A DNA stretch of 64,000 nt from Lachnospira sp. (GCA_051879535.1 JBJEMF010000132.1:5078-69077); one strand, 5' to 3'. Shown: positions 49,645-59,559, counted from the first letter of the stretch. Notes: generated by a model not told the origin, from the sequence alone. A program made the numbers and translations.

Positions 49645-50633
49645 GCAAGAGAAATGTGTGTGTAATATACGATTCGGATGAGCAATATGCTAAGAGGCTG
49701 ATGAATGTTATTAATGATTCGGAGTCCTCATATAACGCGAAGATATTTACCCGAAAGGAAGAGTTTTCGAGATATATTCTCAATAATAACGCAGACATGC
49801 TGATGATTAACGAAGACTGTTATTTTTATGAGGTAGAGAATAATCATAAAGGAAAGGTTGTGGTTCTTTGTGAAGATGAGAACCGTGCGGAGGGGATTAA
49901 CAGGAGAAATAAAGAAGAAGTCATAGGTATATGTAAATATCAGCCCTCTTTCCAACTCCTTAATTTAATTACAAAGCAGAATGGGAAACATATTGAAAAT
50001 AAAATGAGGGATTCCTACATTGTTGGCGTATATGGATTTAATGCTACGTTAAGAGTGATTTTATCAATACTTATTGCCAGGGCATTTTCAGAAAAAGGAA
50101 GAACGTTATTTATAAATCTGGATGAATTTTCAGGAGTGGAGGATATGCTGGACGGCGAAACGGATAAGAATCTTGCTGATGCAATATATATGTTTAAACA
50201 ATCGGGGAAAAAATTTGTGCCTGGCATACAGAATGCTATATGCTGCAGTACATATTTTGATTATATCCCGGGGGTGGCCTGTGCTGAGGATGTTTCCTAT
50301 GCGGATTCTCCCTTGATATATATGATGGCAGATACGGTAGGAAAAGAACTGGGATATGACAATGTGGTAATTAATATTTCAGAAGGAATTACAAAACCCT
50401 GGGAGATGTTCGAATACTGTGATGTTGTTTATGTGGCAGATGGTGGAGATTATATTGAAAACAACAGATATCATTCCATGAAAAGATATTTTATTGAAAG
50501 CGACAAAGAGTCAATAACAGATAAGATGACCAGAATCAATCTTCGAATAGAAGATAAGATTGATAAGGATTTCATTCAAAGAGCAGAATATACCGAAGCT
50601 TATGAATACGTAAGAAATCTCATAGAAAGATAG
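49641..50633 (+). CDS. TadZ/CpaE-like protein (atypical receiver + degenerate MinD/ParA domain)
   Basis: Receiver-like N-terminus (IYDSDEQY...ADMLMI...KYQ), RTLFINLD, GYDNVVIN; lies before tadA. Confidence 0.7.
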   Translation: MSKRNVCVIYDSDEQYAKRLMNVINDSESSYNAKIFTRKEEFSRYILNNNADMLMINEDCYFYEVENNHKGKVVVLCEDENRAEGINRRNKEEVIGICKYQPSFQLLNLITKQNGKHIENKMRDSYIVGVYGFNATLRVILSILIARAFSEKGRTLFINLDEFSGVEDMLDGETDKNLADAIYMFKQSGKKFVPGIQNAICCSTYFDYIPGVACAEDVSYADSPLIYMMADTVGKELGYDNVVINISEGITKPWEMFEYCDVVYVADGGDYIENNRYHSMKRYFIESDKESITDKMTRINLRIEDKIDKDFIQRAEYTEAYEYVRNLIER

Positions 50634-50644
50634 GTGAGTTGTGA

Positions 50645-51865
50645 GTGGATGAATTGTTTGTGACCCTGAAAAACATGGTATATGAGAGACTTGATATTAA
50701 TGTTGAATTTGATGATGAAAGTCTGTATGAGATTATAGATGAATGCATCCATATTATGGGTAAAACACATATGCTATCTCTGTTTGTAAGGGATGAACTA
50801 AGAAACAGATTATACAACGCCATTAAAAGGTTGGATATACTGCAGGAACTTTTAGAAGACGATTCCATTACAGAGATAATGGTTAACGGATATAAAGACA
50901 TTTTTATCGAAAAGGACGGAGTTGTTTCAAGATGGAACAAGACCTTTGAAAGTAAAGAAAAATTGGACGATATAGCCCAAAGGATAGCAGGAATGTCTAA
51001 TAAGACGATTAACGAAGCATCTCCTATTGTTGATACAAGGTTGGAAGACGGTTCCAGGGTAAATATTGTCTTATATCCTATCGCATTGAACGGTCCCATT
51101 ATTACTATACGTAAATTTTATGAAACACCCTTGGATATCAATAAGTTGATAAGTCTGGGTTCTATAACTGAGGAAGCCGCTGATTTTCTAAAGAAGCTTG
51201 TTACAGCCAAATATAACATTTTTATTTCGGGAGGAACCGGATGTGGTAAAACCACGTTTCTTAACGTGTTATCTAATTATATACCCAAGGATGAACGTAT
51301 AATCACAATAGAGGACAGTGCTGAATTGCAGATTAAAGGGGTGGATAACCTTGTGCGTCTTGAGGCAAGAACTGCTAATACATCCGGAGAAAACGGAGTG
51401 ACTATAAGAGATCTTATTAAATCAAGTTTGAGAATGAGACCGGATAGGATTATCGTGGGAGAGGTCAGAGGATGTGAGACAATAGATATGATACAGGCTA
51501 TGTCTTCGGGGCATGACGGAAGTCTGTCAACAGGTCACAGCAATAGTCCCAAGGATATGTTAGCGAGACTCAGAACAATGATTTTGATGGGGATGGATAT
51601 GCCTGCAGATGCAATTGACAGGCAGATAGCTTCTGCTATAGATATTATCGTTCATTTAAAAAGGATGAGGGACAAAACCAGAAAAGTTGTAGAAATCACG
51701 GAGGTTGGGGAATATGAACAGGGACAGATTACTCTCACACCCCTTTATAAGTTTTTTGAAGAGGGGGAAGATAACAGGGGAAGGGTTAAAGGGTGCCTTA
51801 AAAAACAAAAAAATAGCCTTGCCAATATTGACAAGATGGTTTCCAGTGGAATTAAAGAGTGGTGA
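50645..51865 (+). CDS. tadA: TadA/CpaF pilus assembly ATPase
   Basis: ITEIMVNG, PIVDTRL.DGSRV, GGTGCGKTT, IEDSAEL, LRMRPDRIIVGEVR, GHDG..STGH. Confidence 0.93.
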   Translation: MDELFVTLKNMVYERLDINVEFDDESLYEIIDECIHIMGKTHMLSLFVRDELRNRLYNAIKRLDILQELLEDDSITEIMVNGYKDIFIEKDGVVSRWNKTFESKEKLDDIAQRIAGMSNKTINEASPIVDTRLEDGSRVNIVLYPIALNGPIITIRKFYETPLDINKLISLGSITEEAADFLKKLVTAKYNIFISGGTGCGKTTFLNVLSNYIPKDERIITIEDSAELQIKGVDNLVRLEARTANTSGENGVTIRDLIKSSLRMRPDRIIVGEVRGCETIDMIQAMSSGHDGSLSTGHSNSPKDMLARLRTMILMGMDMPADAIDRQIASAIDIIVHLKRMRDKTRKVVEITEVGEYEQGQITLTPLYKFFEEGEDNRGRVKGCLKKQKNSLANIDKMVSSGIKEW

Positions 51866-52565
51866 TATTAAGTACATATTAGAAGGGATTCTAATTATTT
51901 TAGCAGTGTCTTGTCTGTTTTACGGAAATATTTTTGCCATCGTAATATTTAGCCCATATGTGATACTTCATGTAAAAATTCGTCAGAAAGAAAGGGATAA
52001 AAAAGAACGGCTGCTAAAGACGAAAAAGTTTAAGGATGGATTATTGTCGGTTTCATTCGCACTCAACGTGGGATATTCTATTGAGAATTCTTTTAATGAG
52101 GCGGTGGGAGAGTTAAGACTTTTATATGGTGATGATTCTGATATTGTAGAAGAGTTTTCCATGATAGTTAACAGAATCCGGCGTAATGAGAATCTTGAAG
52201 ATGTCCTTTGGGAGTATGCCCATGAAAGCGGAATAGATGATATCAAGTATTTTGCTGAAATTTTCAGGTATGCTAAGAGAAGTGGAGGCGATATGAATTC
52301 CATTATAAAAAGGACAGCCTCTTCCATAAGTGAAAAGACTGAGGTTTTAGGGGAGATTGAAACCATAATAAGTGGAAAGAGAATGGAACAAAGAGTTATG
52401 AGCATGGTCCCCTTTTTTGTGATTCTTTATTTGAAATTTACATCACCTGAATTTATATCATGTTTATACGGAAATGTTGCGGGAGTCATTATAATGACGG
52501 TTTGTCTTGGTATTTATATTGTGTCTGTTTGTATAGCCAGAAGGGTGGTGCAGATTGACGTATAA
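51705..52565 (+). CDS. TadB-like (T2SSF) inner platform protein; true start probably near 51830-51850
   Basis: ALNVGYSIEN, AKRSGGDM, TM pairs; overlaps the tadA 3' end. Confidence 0.82.
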   Translation: MGNMNRDRLLSHPFISFLKRGKITGEGLKGALKNKKIALPILTRWFPVELKSGDIKYILEGILIILAVSCLFYGNIFAIVIFSPYVILHVKIRQKERDKKERLLKTKKFKDGLLSVSFALNVGYSIENSFNEAVGELRLLYGDDSDIVEEFSMIVNRIRRNENLEDVLWEYAHESGIDDIKYFAEIFRYAKRSGGDMNSIIKRTASSISEKTEVLGEIETIISGKRMEQRVMSMVPFFVILYLKFTSPEFISCLYGNVAGVIIMTVCLGIYIVSVCIARRVVQIDV

Positions 52566-53778
52566 GAAAAAAGCAATAGCTGCATTGTTAACAGGAGTTG
52601 TTTTTGCCGTTGTGGTTTATGTAACAAATATAAACAATAAAAATATAACGGACAACATTATAACAAGACCTGAACCAGGAGAATCCAATGAGTTAGTAGA
52701 ACTAAATGTTTATGATGAAGAGGGACATTTTAAAACCAACATATCTACATTTGTAGAACCAAGAAAGTTAACAGACAGTGAGACAGAAGAATATTTTGAG
52801 GCTGCATATCAGGAATTGGAAGTTTCCATGCTTGGTAATAATGAATCAGTCCATGAGATAAGGCAAAATATTGAGTTGAAAAATACCGCAGTGAACGGAA
52901 TAATCAGTGCAAGATGGTATTCAGATAATTATGAGCTTATTGATTACGACGGAACGGTATATAATCATAGCCTTGGTAGTGATGATTCTGTAGATGTAAC
53001 TTTAACGTTAACGTTGGAGTATGGTGATAAAACAACAGAAAAGAATATTGTTTTGACTGTTAAGGCCCCTACTATGGATGATGGAGTTGAGAATGGTGAA
53101 TATCTAAAAAAACAGATAGAAAGCGCCATGGAAGAAGGTAGAGAACAGGAAAATATTTATCTGCCGGACAGTGATTCCGGAGGTAGACTTATTTATAAAC
53201 GAGTTTCAAAACCCGCGTCGCCCATGGTGTTTGTTTTTCTTGGGGCTTTGGCATCTTTTCTTATTGTTTATGAGGAAAAGAATAAGTCAATAAAAGAAGA
53301 AGCCAAAAGAAAAAAAGAAATTACCTATGATTACTCTGAAGTTGTATCTAAGCTTACCCTTTTAATGGGAGCGGGTATGACAGTGAGAAGGGCATGGTCA
53401 AAAATTGTGGAGGATTATAACAAACAAAAAGAGATAACAGGAAAGAAAAGGTATATATATGAGGAAATGATTGAAGCAGAGTGTAGTATGAATGCAGGAA
53501 TACCCGAAACGGCAGTTTATGAACAGTTCGGAAGGAGGTGCAATACCAAGGAATATCTTAAATTGTCATCATTGTTACAGACTAATATTAAAAAGGGGAC
53601 TAAAGAATTAACATCACTTTTGGAACAGGAGGTTATAGAAAGTTTCCAGCAAAGAAAAAACATGGCAAGACAGAAGGGTGAAGAAGCAACTACAAAACTG
53701 TTATTTCCAATGATACTTATGCTTGTGGTGGTAATGATAATTGTCCTGGCTCCGGCAGTTATGTCATTTAAGTTTTAA
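52555..53778 (+). CDS. TadC-like (T2SSF) platform protein with extracellular Ig-like insert
   Basis: LLMGAGMTVRRAW, ARQKGEEATTKLLFPM; two TM flanking a beta-rich domain. Confidence 0.82.
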   Translation: MTYKKKAIAALLTGVVFAVVVYVTNINNKNITDNIITRPEPGESNELVELNVYDEEGHFKTNISTFVEPRKLTDSETEEYFEAAYQELEVSMLGNNESVHEIRQNIELKNTAVNGIISARWYSDNYELIDYDGTVYNHSLGSDDSVDVTLTLTLEYGDKTTEKNIVLTVKAPTMDDGVENGEYLKKQIESAMEEGREQENIYLPDSDSGGRLIYKRVSKPASPMVFVFLGALASFLIVYEEKNKSIKEEAKRKKEITYDYSEVVSKLTLLMGAGMTVRRAWSKIVEDYNKQKEITGKKRYIYEEMIEAECSMNAGIPETAVYEQFGRRCNTKEYLKLSSLLQTNIKKGTKELTSLLEQEVIESFQQRKNMARQKGEEATTKLLFPMILMLVVVMIIVLAPAVMSFKF

Positions 53779-53819
53779 TAAGATAAAACCAATTAAAAAA
53801 CGTGAAAGGAGATTTTTTT

Positions 53820-53993
53820 ATGTTAATGAAATCATTGAGAAAATTGTGGAGAGAAGAAGATGGAATGGGAGTTGTAGAGGTTGTGCTGATAATTATTGTC
53901 TTAATCGGGCTTGTGGTTCTGTTTAAGAATCAGGTAACTTCTATGGTAAAGAGTATTCTTAGTAAGATGTCAAGTCAGGCAAATCAGGTGTAA
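53820..53993 (+). CDS. Flp1-type major pilin
   Basis: Class III signal EEDG|MGVVE (Glu+5) followed by a hydrophobic helix. ATG at 53820 follows AAAGGAG. Confidence 0.9.
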   Translation: MLMKSLRKLWREEDGMGVVEVVLIIIVLIGLVVLFKNQVTSMVKSILSKMSSQANQV

Positions 53994-53999
53994 TAATAT

Positions 54000-56105
54000 A
54001 TGGTTAAATTAAAAGGACAGATAACGGTATTAGCATCACTTACTCTTATGCTGGTTTTGTCTCTGGTATTCGCCTGTTTTAAATCATCAGGGGATTCCTC
54101 ATATAATACAATAATAAAACAAGCCTGCGAATTGTCCAATGAGGCAGTGTTTGCAGGATATTGCAACGACATGTTAAATGAATACAGTATTCTGCTATTG
54201 AAAAAATCGGACAAGAACAATAAAGAACTTTCATCATATATTGCTGATAATATATCAGCATATTCTAATAACATCTCACTTGTAAAAGCCGAATATGACA
54301 ATTGTGTATATGTCACAGATAACGGTGGAGCGGGTATTCGGGATGAAATTCTAAAATATATGCAGTATGGCGTATATTCAGAGGTTGTTAATTCCTTTAG
54401 GGAGTCAGAGCAACAAGTTAATAAATCCAAGAAAATAAATGAAATATCAGATGATATTGCTCAATGTGAGGAAAGTATATATGAAATGGATAAAAGTGTT
54501 CTGGAACTGATAATGAGTGTGGAAGGGATAAAGACTACGGAGGCAGGAATAGTAACAGAAGGTGGAAAACCTGTAAGGAGCGGAGATGATTATGTAAAAG
54601 CTTTAGTGAGAGGAAATGTTTCCATGTCATCGGTAAATATTAATAATGAAAAGGTATACAACGTGATGAAAGATAGTGGTATGTATGTAGACATGGATCA
54701 ATGCTTAACGGATATGAATCAATGTCTGGAGGGATTGTATAACGAAGGTGATGAGGTAAGTGAATCAAGAGGAAGCAGTTCTTACGATGCCATATATGAA
54801 AGGAATCTTAATAAACTAAAAAAAGCGTATTTCGGAGCCTGCAAAAATATAGACAATGCTTTAAGTACAATAGAACAATATAAGCGTATTAACAAAGAGG
54901 CTTCATTGTCTCTGGAGCGGTGCAAAAATAAGGTAGAAGAAAGTAAGGATATTATTGGTGAAGAAATCTATTCAGGGTTAAAGCAGGATTTATGCGATAT
55001 TGAAAAAGACGGATTATCAGACAGTCGAAAAATGTGTGATATAAATGCAATGGAGAAATGTCTCAGGGAAGACAAGCAGGTACTTGATAGTGCATTTTCT
55101 TACATTAATAACATGGATGTAAAAATAACTGCGTCAAATTCTATGGAGATAAAAGAATATGTAAAACAGGCAGAATATATATTGACAGCTTATACAAATA
55201 ATGGATTGAAATTTGATTATTCTGCTGTAGATTTTTCATCGCAGTCAAAGGGAATGGATGCCATAAGAAAATTATATGAAACAATGAGTGACGGGCTTGT
55301 GGGGCTGGTAATTGACGAAGGTAATATTTCGGACAAGACAATAAAATATTCCGATTTGGCTTCCGGTCTTGGCGGTGACAGTTCATCATCAGGAAACCTG
55401 GTTAAAGCAACCATTGATACCGCCTTATATGACGAATACATATTATCCCATTTTAATAACTTTATGGATTACACAGGGACAAATAAAACACTCAATGATA
55501 ATGCGTTGTTAAAGTATATGGTTGAGTATGTGTTGTGCGGGAAAGATTCTGACAAGGATAATTTGAAACAGGTAATGATTGAGTTATCAGCAATTAGGGA
55601 AGGGATGAATTTTGCATATCTTCTTACAGATTCCGGGAAAAAAACTGAAGCATATTCTCTTGCAGCAACCCTTTTGGGATTTACAGGAAATACTGCTGTA
55701 ATTAAAGCGGGACAATATTTAATATTGGCTGCATGGGCCTACGGGGAGTCTATACTGGAACTTAGGGAGCTGTACAAGGGGAAAAAAATTGAGTTCGTTA
55801 AGACGAAGAATAACTGGAGATTAAGTCTGGGTAATCTTCTGGTGATGAACCTGGATGGAGATGAAAAAAATGATGGAAAAACCGGAATGGATTATAAGGA
55901 TTACTTAAGAGTCTTGCTTCTTACAGAAAATGGAGTAAAGAAAAATTACCGGGTTATGGGTGCAATGGAATTGAGAATGATGGAACTTGGGCATTCTGAT
56001 TTTAGAATGAGAGAATACATTATTTCTGCGTCGGGGACGGCGGTATTTAAGAATAAGGGAAAGGGGAATCTGTATTCTCAACAGATATATTATTCCTATG
56101 TGTAA
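54000..56105 (+). CDS. Large TadG-like pseudopilin (DUF5702-like) with long helical/coiled-coil body
   Basis: KG|QITV prepilin-like N-terminus with TM; C-terminal DEYILSHF, VEYVLCGKDSDKDNL, AWAYGES, DYKDYLRVLL. Confidence 0.75.
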   Translation: MVKLKGQITVLASLTLMLVLSLVFACFKSSGDSSYNTIIKQACELSNEAVFAGYCNDMLNEYSILLLKKSDKNNKELSSYIADNISAYSNNISLVKAEYDNCVYVTDNGGAGIRDEILKYMQYGVYSEVVNSFRESEQQVNKSKKINEISDDIAQCEESIYEMDKSVLELIMSVEGIKTTEAGIVTEGGKPVRSGDDYVKALVRGNVSMSSVNINNEKVYNVMKDSGMYVDMDQCLTDMNQCLEGLYNEGDEVSESRGSSSYDAIYERNLNKLKKAYFGACKNIDNALSTIEQYKRINKEASLSLERCKNKVEESKDIIGEEIYSGLKQDLCDIEKDGLSDSRKMCDINAMEKCLREDKQVLDSAFSYINNMDVKITASNSMEIKEYVKQAEYILTAYTNNGLKFDYSAVDFSSQSKGMDAIRKLYETMSDGLVGLVIDEGNISDKTIKYSDLASGLGGDSSSSGNLVKATIDTALYDEYILSHFNNFMDYTGTNKTLNDNALLKYMVEYVLCGKDSDKDNLKQVMIELSAIREGMNFAYLLTDSGKKTEAYSLAATLLGFTGNTAVIKAGQYLILAAWAYGESILELRELYKGKKIEFVKTKNNWRLSLGNLLVMNLDGDEKNDGKTGMDYKDYLRVLLLTENGVKKNYRVMGAMELRMMELGHSDFRMREYIISASGTAVFKNKGKGNLYSQQIYYSYV

Positions 56106-56160
56106 TATGCCTTTTTTATAAGCATCAGATAATAAACGAAGAAGGAGGCATCAGGCAGAT

Positions 56161-57123
56161 ATGTTAAGAGCAATATCTTTATCTTTGTTGAGAGAAAAGA
56201 TTAAGAAAAAAATAAACACCAAGTTATGTAACAATGCTGTAAAAGAGGCATATTTACCAGCATCGACAACTGTAGAAGCATCACTGGTTGTCCCTATATT
56301 CGTTTATGCGGCAGTTGCAGTTATGTATATGATTCAGGTTGTTGCAGTGAGGGCAAGGGTTAATGAAGCTTTATATGATACTTTAAGAAAATCTGCAAGA
56401 TATGCATACGTCTATGATAGTCTGAAAGGTCTGTCAGGGGATGATTCGGGAAATGCAAAAAATAAGATTACAGCCGATGAGAATAATCCAGCGCAATTGA
56501 GCGGGATGCTCTCTTCTGGATTAAGCATTGCAGCATTTCAGCAACTTTTCATTTCTGAATTAGGGGAAGATTTTGCAAAGAATAATAATATTGTGGGTGG
56601 TAATCCCGGATGGAATTTTGCCCAATCAAAAGTGCTTAACAACAATTCCTTACTTGATATTAAATTGACTTACTATATAAAGAATCCTTTTGATGTATTT
56701 GGAGTGGCAATAATAAAGGTTTCGGAAGTAAAGAGAACCAATGCATGGTTGGGCGAAGACAGCGATTCTTTTACTTATAACACAAGTCAGGCGGTAGATA
56801 AGGATATTTATGTGTATATAACAGCAGGAGGAAGCGTGTACCATACCAAAAAAACATGTTCTTATCTTACAAGAAATCTAAAAACCTCAAATGTGTCGGA
56901 AACAGGCTCTCTTCGCAATAATTCAGGAGGAAAGTATTATCCCTGTACCATATGCAAGGCAGATACCGCAACCGGAGAAGTTTATTATACGGATTACGGT
57001 GACAGATATCATAAAACAGCCATTTGTACCAAGCTTTCAAGAGATATATTAACCGTAAAAAAAAGCAGCGTTCCCGAAAGAAGAGAGTGTGAGAAATGTA
57101 AAGCGGAAGCGGGAGGCTCGTAA
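56161..57123 (+). CDS. TadE-like pseudopilin with two C-terminal His/Cys metal-binding modules
   Basis: PA|STTVEASLVVP; VYITAGGSVYH....C...CTIC and VYYTDYGDRYH....C...CEKC. Confidence 0.8.
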   Translation: MLRAISLSLLREKIKKKINTKLCNNAVKEAYLPASTTVEASLVVPIFVYAAVAVMYMIQVVAVRARVNEALYDTLRKSARYAYVYDSLKGLSGDDSGNAKNKITADENNPAQLSGMLSSGLSIAAFQQLFISELGEDFAKNNNIVGGNPGWNFAQSKVLNNNSLLDIKLTYYIKNPFDVFGVAIIKVSEVKRTNAWLGEDSDSFTYNTSQAVDKDIYVYITAGGSVYHTKKTCSYLTRNLKTSNVSETGSLRNNSGGKYYPCTICKADTATGEVYYTDYGDRYHKTAICTKLSRDILTVKKSSVPERRECEKCKAEAGGS

Positions 57124-57554
57124 TGATAAAAGTAATTTATTTAATTGTATGTATGGTTCTGTTATCTATGGAGGATATTAAATATAAATCAGTGAAAGTT
57201 CTACATTTTGTAATTATGTTTGGGTGCATACCATTTGCTTTTATTGGAGACTACATTTTTTTTCAGTTGAATTTTTCATGGCAAAGCTTGCTGTATTCAG
57301 TACTTACAGGTGGCGGAATGTTCATAATTTCTAAAGTTACCGGGTCGTTTGGAACTGCAGATGGGATAGTAGTGTCATTGATAGGTATTATTACGGATTG
57401 GAAGATGGGAATATCGGTATTATTGTTGTCAATGTTATTAATATCTTTTTTTGGGCTGATATTATTAGCAGTAAAAAAGGTAAAACTCAAACAGGAAATT
57501 CCCTATATTCCCTTTCTGCTTATATCGTTAATGGGAGTATTGTTAGGGGGATAA
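57123..57554 (+). CDS. Second A24-like prepilin peptidase
   Basis: SMEDIKYKSV, FGTADG and IPYIPFL motifs; TM-rich. Confidence 0.75.
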   Translation: MIKVIYLIVCMVLLSMEDIKYKSVKVLHFVIMFGCIPFAFIGDYIFFQLNFSWQSLLYSVLTGGGMFIISKVTGSFGTADGIVVSLIGIITDWKMGISVLLLSMLLISFFGLILLAVKKVKLKQEIPYIPFLLISLMGVLLGG

Positions 57555-57558
57555 CAAA

Positions 57559-58062
57559 ATGGCTCAAATGGCTGAAATAATTAAAATGATCGAAATTATT
57601 ACAACAAGGGTAAAGAGAGCAGTGAGAATTTATAATAGGGATATTAAGACAAAAAGCCTTAAAGGAATATATGTGGTTGAAAATTCTGTAATAGTTCCGT
57701 TGTTTACCCTGATAATAGTGGCTGTAATATCTTTATGTTGTTATATGCACGATAAAGTGGTGGCAGGTAACATAATGGAGCAGGTGTGTATAGAGTGTAG
57801 CCGGCAGGAGGACAAAAACGAGCAGAATATTATAATGTCCAAAGCACAAAATTATATTGAAACTAAAACACTGTTTCTAAAGAATATAAGGGTTTATATG
57901 AGTGGAAGTACAGGTAAAGAGACAGTTACATGTATTGCTGACTGTGGTTTAACACCTGCTTTTTTAAGCATAAAGGCTTTTACCATTAATAAAAGGATTA
58001 GTTATAGTCATCCGCCGAAACTAATAAGGATAACCAATGCAATTAAGGAGGCGATAAATTAA
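57559..58062 (+). CDS. TadE-like pseudopilin (start uncertain)
   Basis: LKG|IYVVENSVIVP (Glu+5) with TM helix, then MHDK. Confidence 0.75.
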   Translation: MAQMAEIIKMIEIITTRVKRAVRIYNRDIKTKSLKGIYVVENSVIVPLFTLIIVAVISLCCYMHDKVVAGNIMEQVCIECSRQEDKNEQNIIMSKAQNYIETKTLFLKNIRVYMSGSTGKETVTCIADCGLTPAFLSIKAFTINKRISYSHPPKLIRITNAIKEAIN

Positions 58063-58065
58063 AAT

Positions 58066-59544
58066 ATGGATAATAATGATCAAGAATATATGATTTCTTA
58101 TGAAAGGGAAAACAACAGCAGCTATATGGTGCTGCGTAAGGAAGATTTTAATGATGAGGATTATCAGATAAAGATGGTGAGATTGAATAAGCCGTCACAT
58201 TTTCTGAAATTTACCATAAGTGAGATTAATGAAAGAAAGTGCATATATTATGATATCACTTCCAAACAGCAAATGAGCAGAGTGTATGAATTTGGAAAAA
58301 TGACAATAGAAGATATTAAATCAATATTTGTAAATATATCGGAAATGGTAAGAGTAGTGGATTCATATATGTTGGATCTGGACAAGGTTATAATGGAACC
58401 GCAGTATATTTATATGACTATGGTGGATAAAAAGCTTTATTTTGCATATTGCCCGGGAAAGAGTAATTCGGATTTCTATGAGAAAATGCGAAGTTTATTT
58501 GAATACATAATGGAAAGGTTTGATCATTCCGTTGACAAAAGCTGCATAGTGAAGCTTTATGATATATATCAGAAAATCCTGGTAAGAGATTATGACCCCT
58601 ATAATCTTATATGGCTTTTCAGGGAGCCATTGACCAGGGGTGAGAAACAGGATGATAAACCGGAAAATACCATAAATAAAGCAGAAGAAATCAATAAACC
58701 GGAGGAGATTTATAAAGAAAGAAACATTGATAACAAAGATGACAGAGACGTAATAATTCCGACGGTGATGACTGAAACCTTAGTTGAGGACGAGGATGAG
58801 AAAAAGACGGGACCGAGCAGAAAGACCATCGTTAATTGCATATCCCTGTTATTGATTATAACAGGAATAATAAGTATGTTTTTAAAGCAGTACGCTGTAA
58901 TCCGAATTGGTGTAATTCCTTCTGTTTTGTGTATTGTAGTGGGAGTGCTCATAAATGTTTTTAAAGATTTTTTCACTGGCAAAGAAGTAAAGAGAGAAAA
59001 GGAGGTGGAAATTCCTTACAAAATACCACAGCCAAAGATAAAATGCTCATATGACAAAGATGAAAATAGCAAGCCTTATATGCCGCAAATACTGGCGGAA
59101 GCTGTGGCTGATGAAACTATGGAGAAAAGTGCCCAACAGTATGATAAAGAATGTAATAAGACTATGTTACTCTCGGATTATGTCAGACAGCTTAAAATCA
59201 ATAAGTTTTATCTGAAACCTATGGACGTTGACACCGTTAATATTGAGGTTAAAGATAACTCGGGAATAGATATAGAAGGAAATTCTGCAATAAGCATTAA
59301 TAAGTTTCCATGTATTATCGGGAGTATGAAGGAGATATCCGATTTGACCATTAAAGAGCCGGTAGTAAGCAAGATGCATGCCTGCATTTCTGTTAAAAAT
59401 GGAGATTATTTTATAGAAGATATGAATTCCACAAATTGTACATACTTGAACGGTTACGTAGCGGAAAATCATAAGCAATATATCCTGAATAATGGGGATA
59501 TTATACGAATTGCAGACAAAAGCTTTTCTGTTGAAATAAGCTAG
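58066..59544 (+). CDS. DUF6382-like N-terminal domain + 2 TM + C-terminal FHA domain protein
   Basis: N-terminal YQIKM...YYDITSKQ...LYFAYCP; TM pair; FHA IIG...VSKMHACI...EDMNSTNCTYLNG...GDIIRIAD. Confidence 0.82.
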   Translation: MDNNDQEYMISYERENNSSYMVLRKEDFNDEDYQIKMVRLNKPSHFLKFTISEINERKCIYYDITSKQQMSRVYEFGKMTIEDIKSIFVNISEMVRVVDSYMLDLDKVIMEPQYIYMTMVDKKLYFAYCPGKSNSDFYEKMRSLFEYIMERFDHSVDKSCIVKLYDIYQKILVRDYDPYNLIWLFREPLTRGEKQDDKPENTINKAEEINKPEEIYKERNIDNKDDRDVIIPTVMTETLVEDEDEKKTGPSRKTIVNCISLLLIITGIISMFLKQYAVIRIGVIPSVLCIVVGVLINVFKDFFTGKEVKREKEVEIPYKIPQPKIKCSYDKDENSKPYMPQILAEAVADETMEKSAQQYDKECNKTMLLSDYVRQLKINKFYLKPMDVDTVNIEVKDNSGIDIEGNSAISINKFPCIIGSMKEISDLTIKEPVVSKMHACISVKNGDYFIEDMNSTNCTYLNGYVAENHKQYILNNGDIIRIADKSFSVEIS

Positions 59545-59559
59545 ATAATATGCTATATT
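59531..59559 (+). promoter_or_regulatory. Sigma-A promoter of the flavodoxin-SCP2 gene
   Basis: TTGAAA-N17-TATATT with TG extension. Confidence 0.5.
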
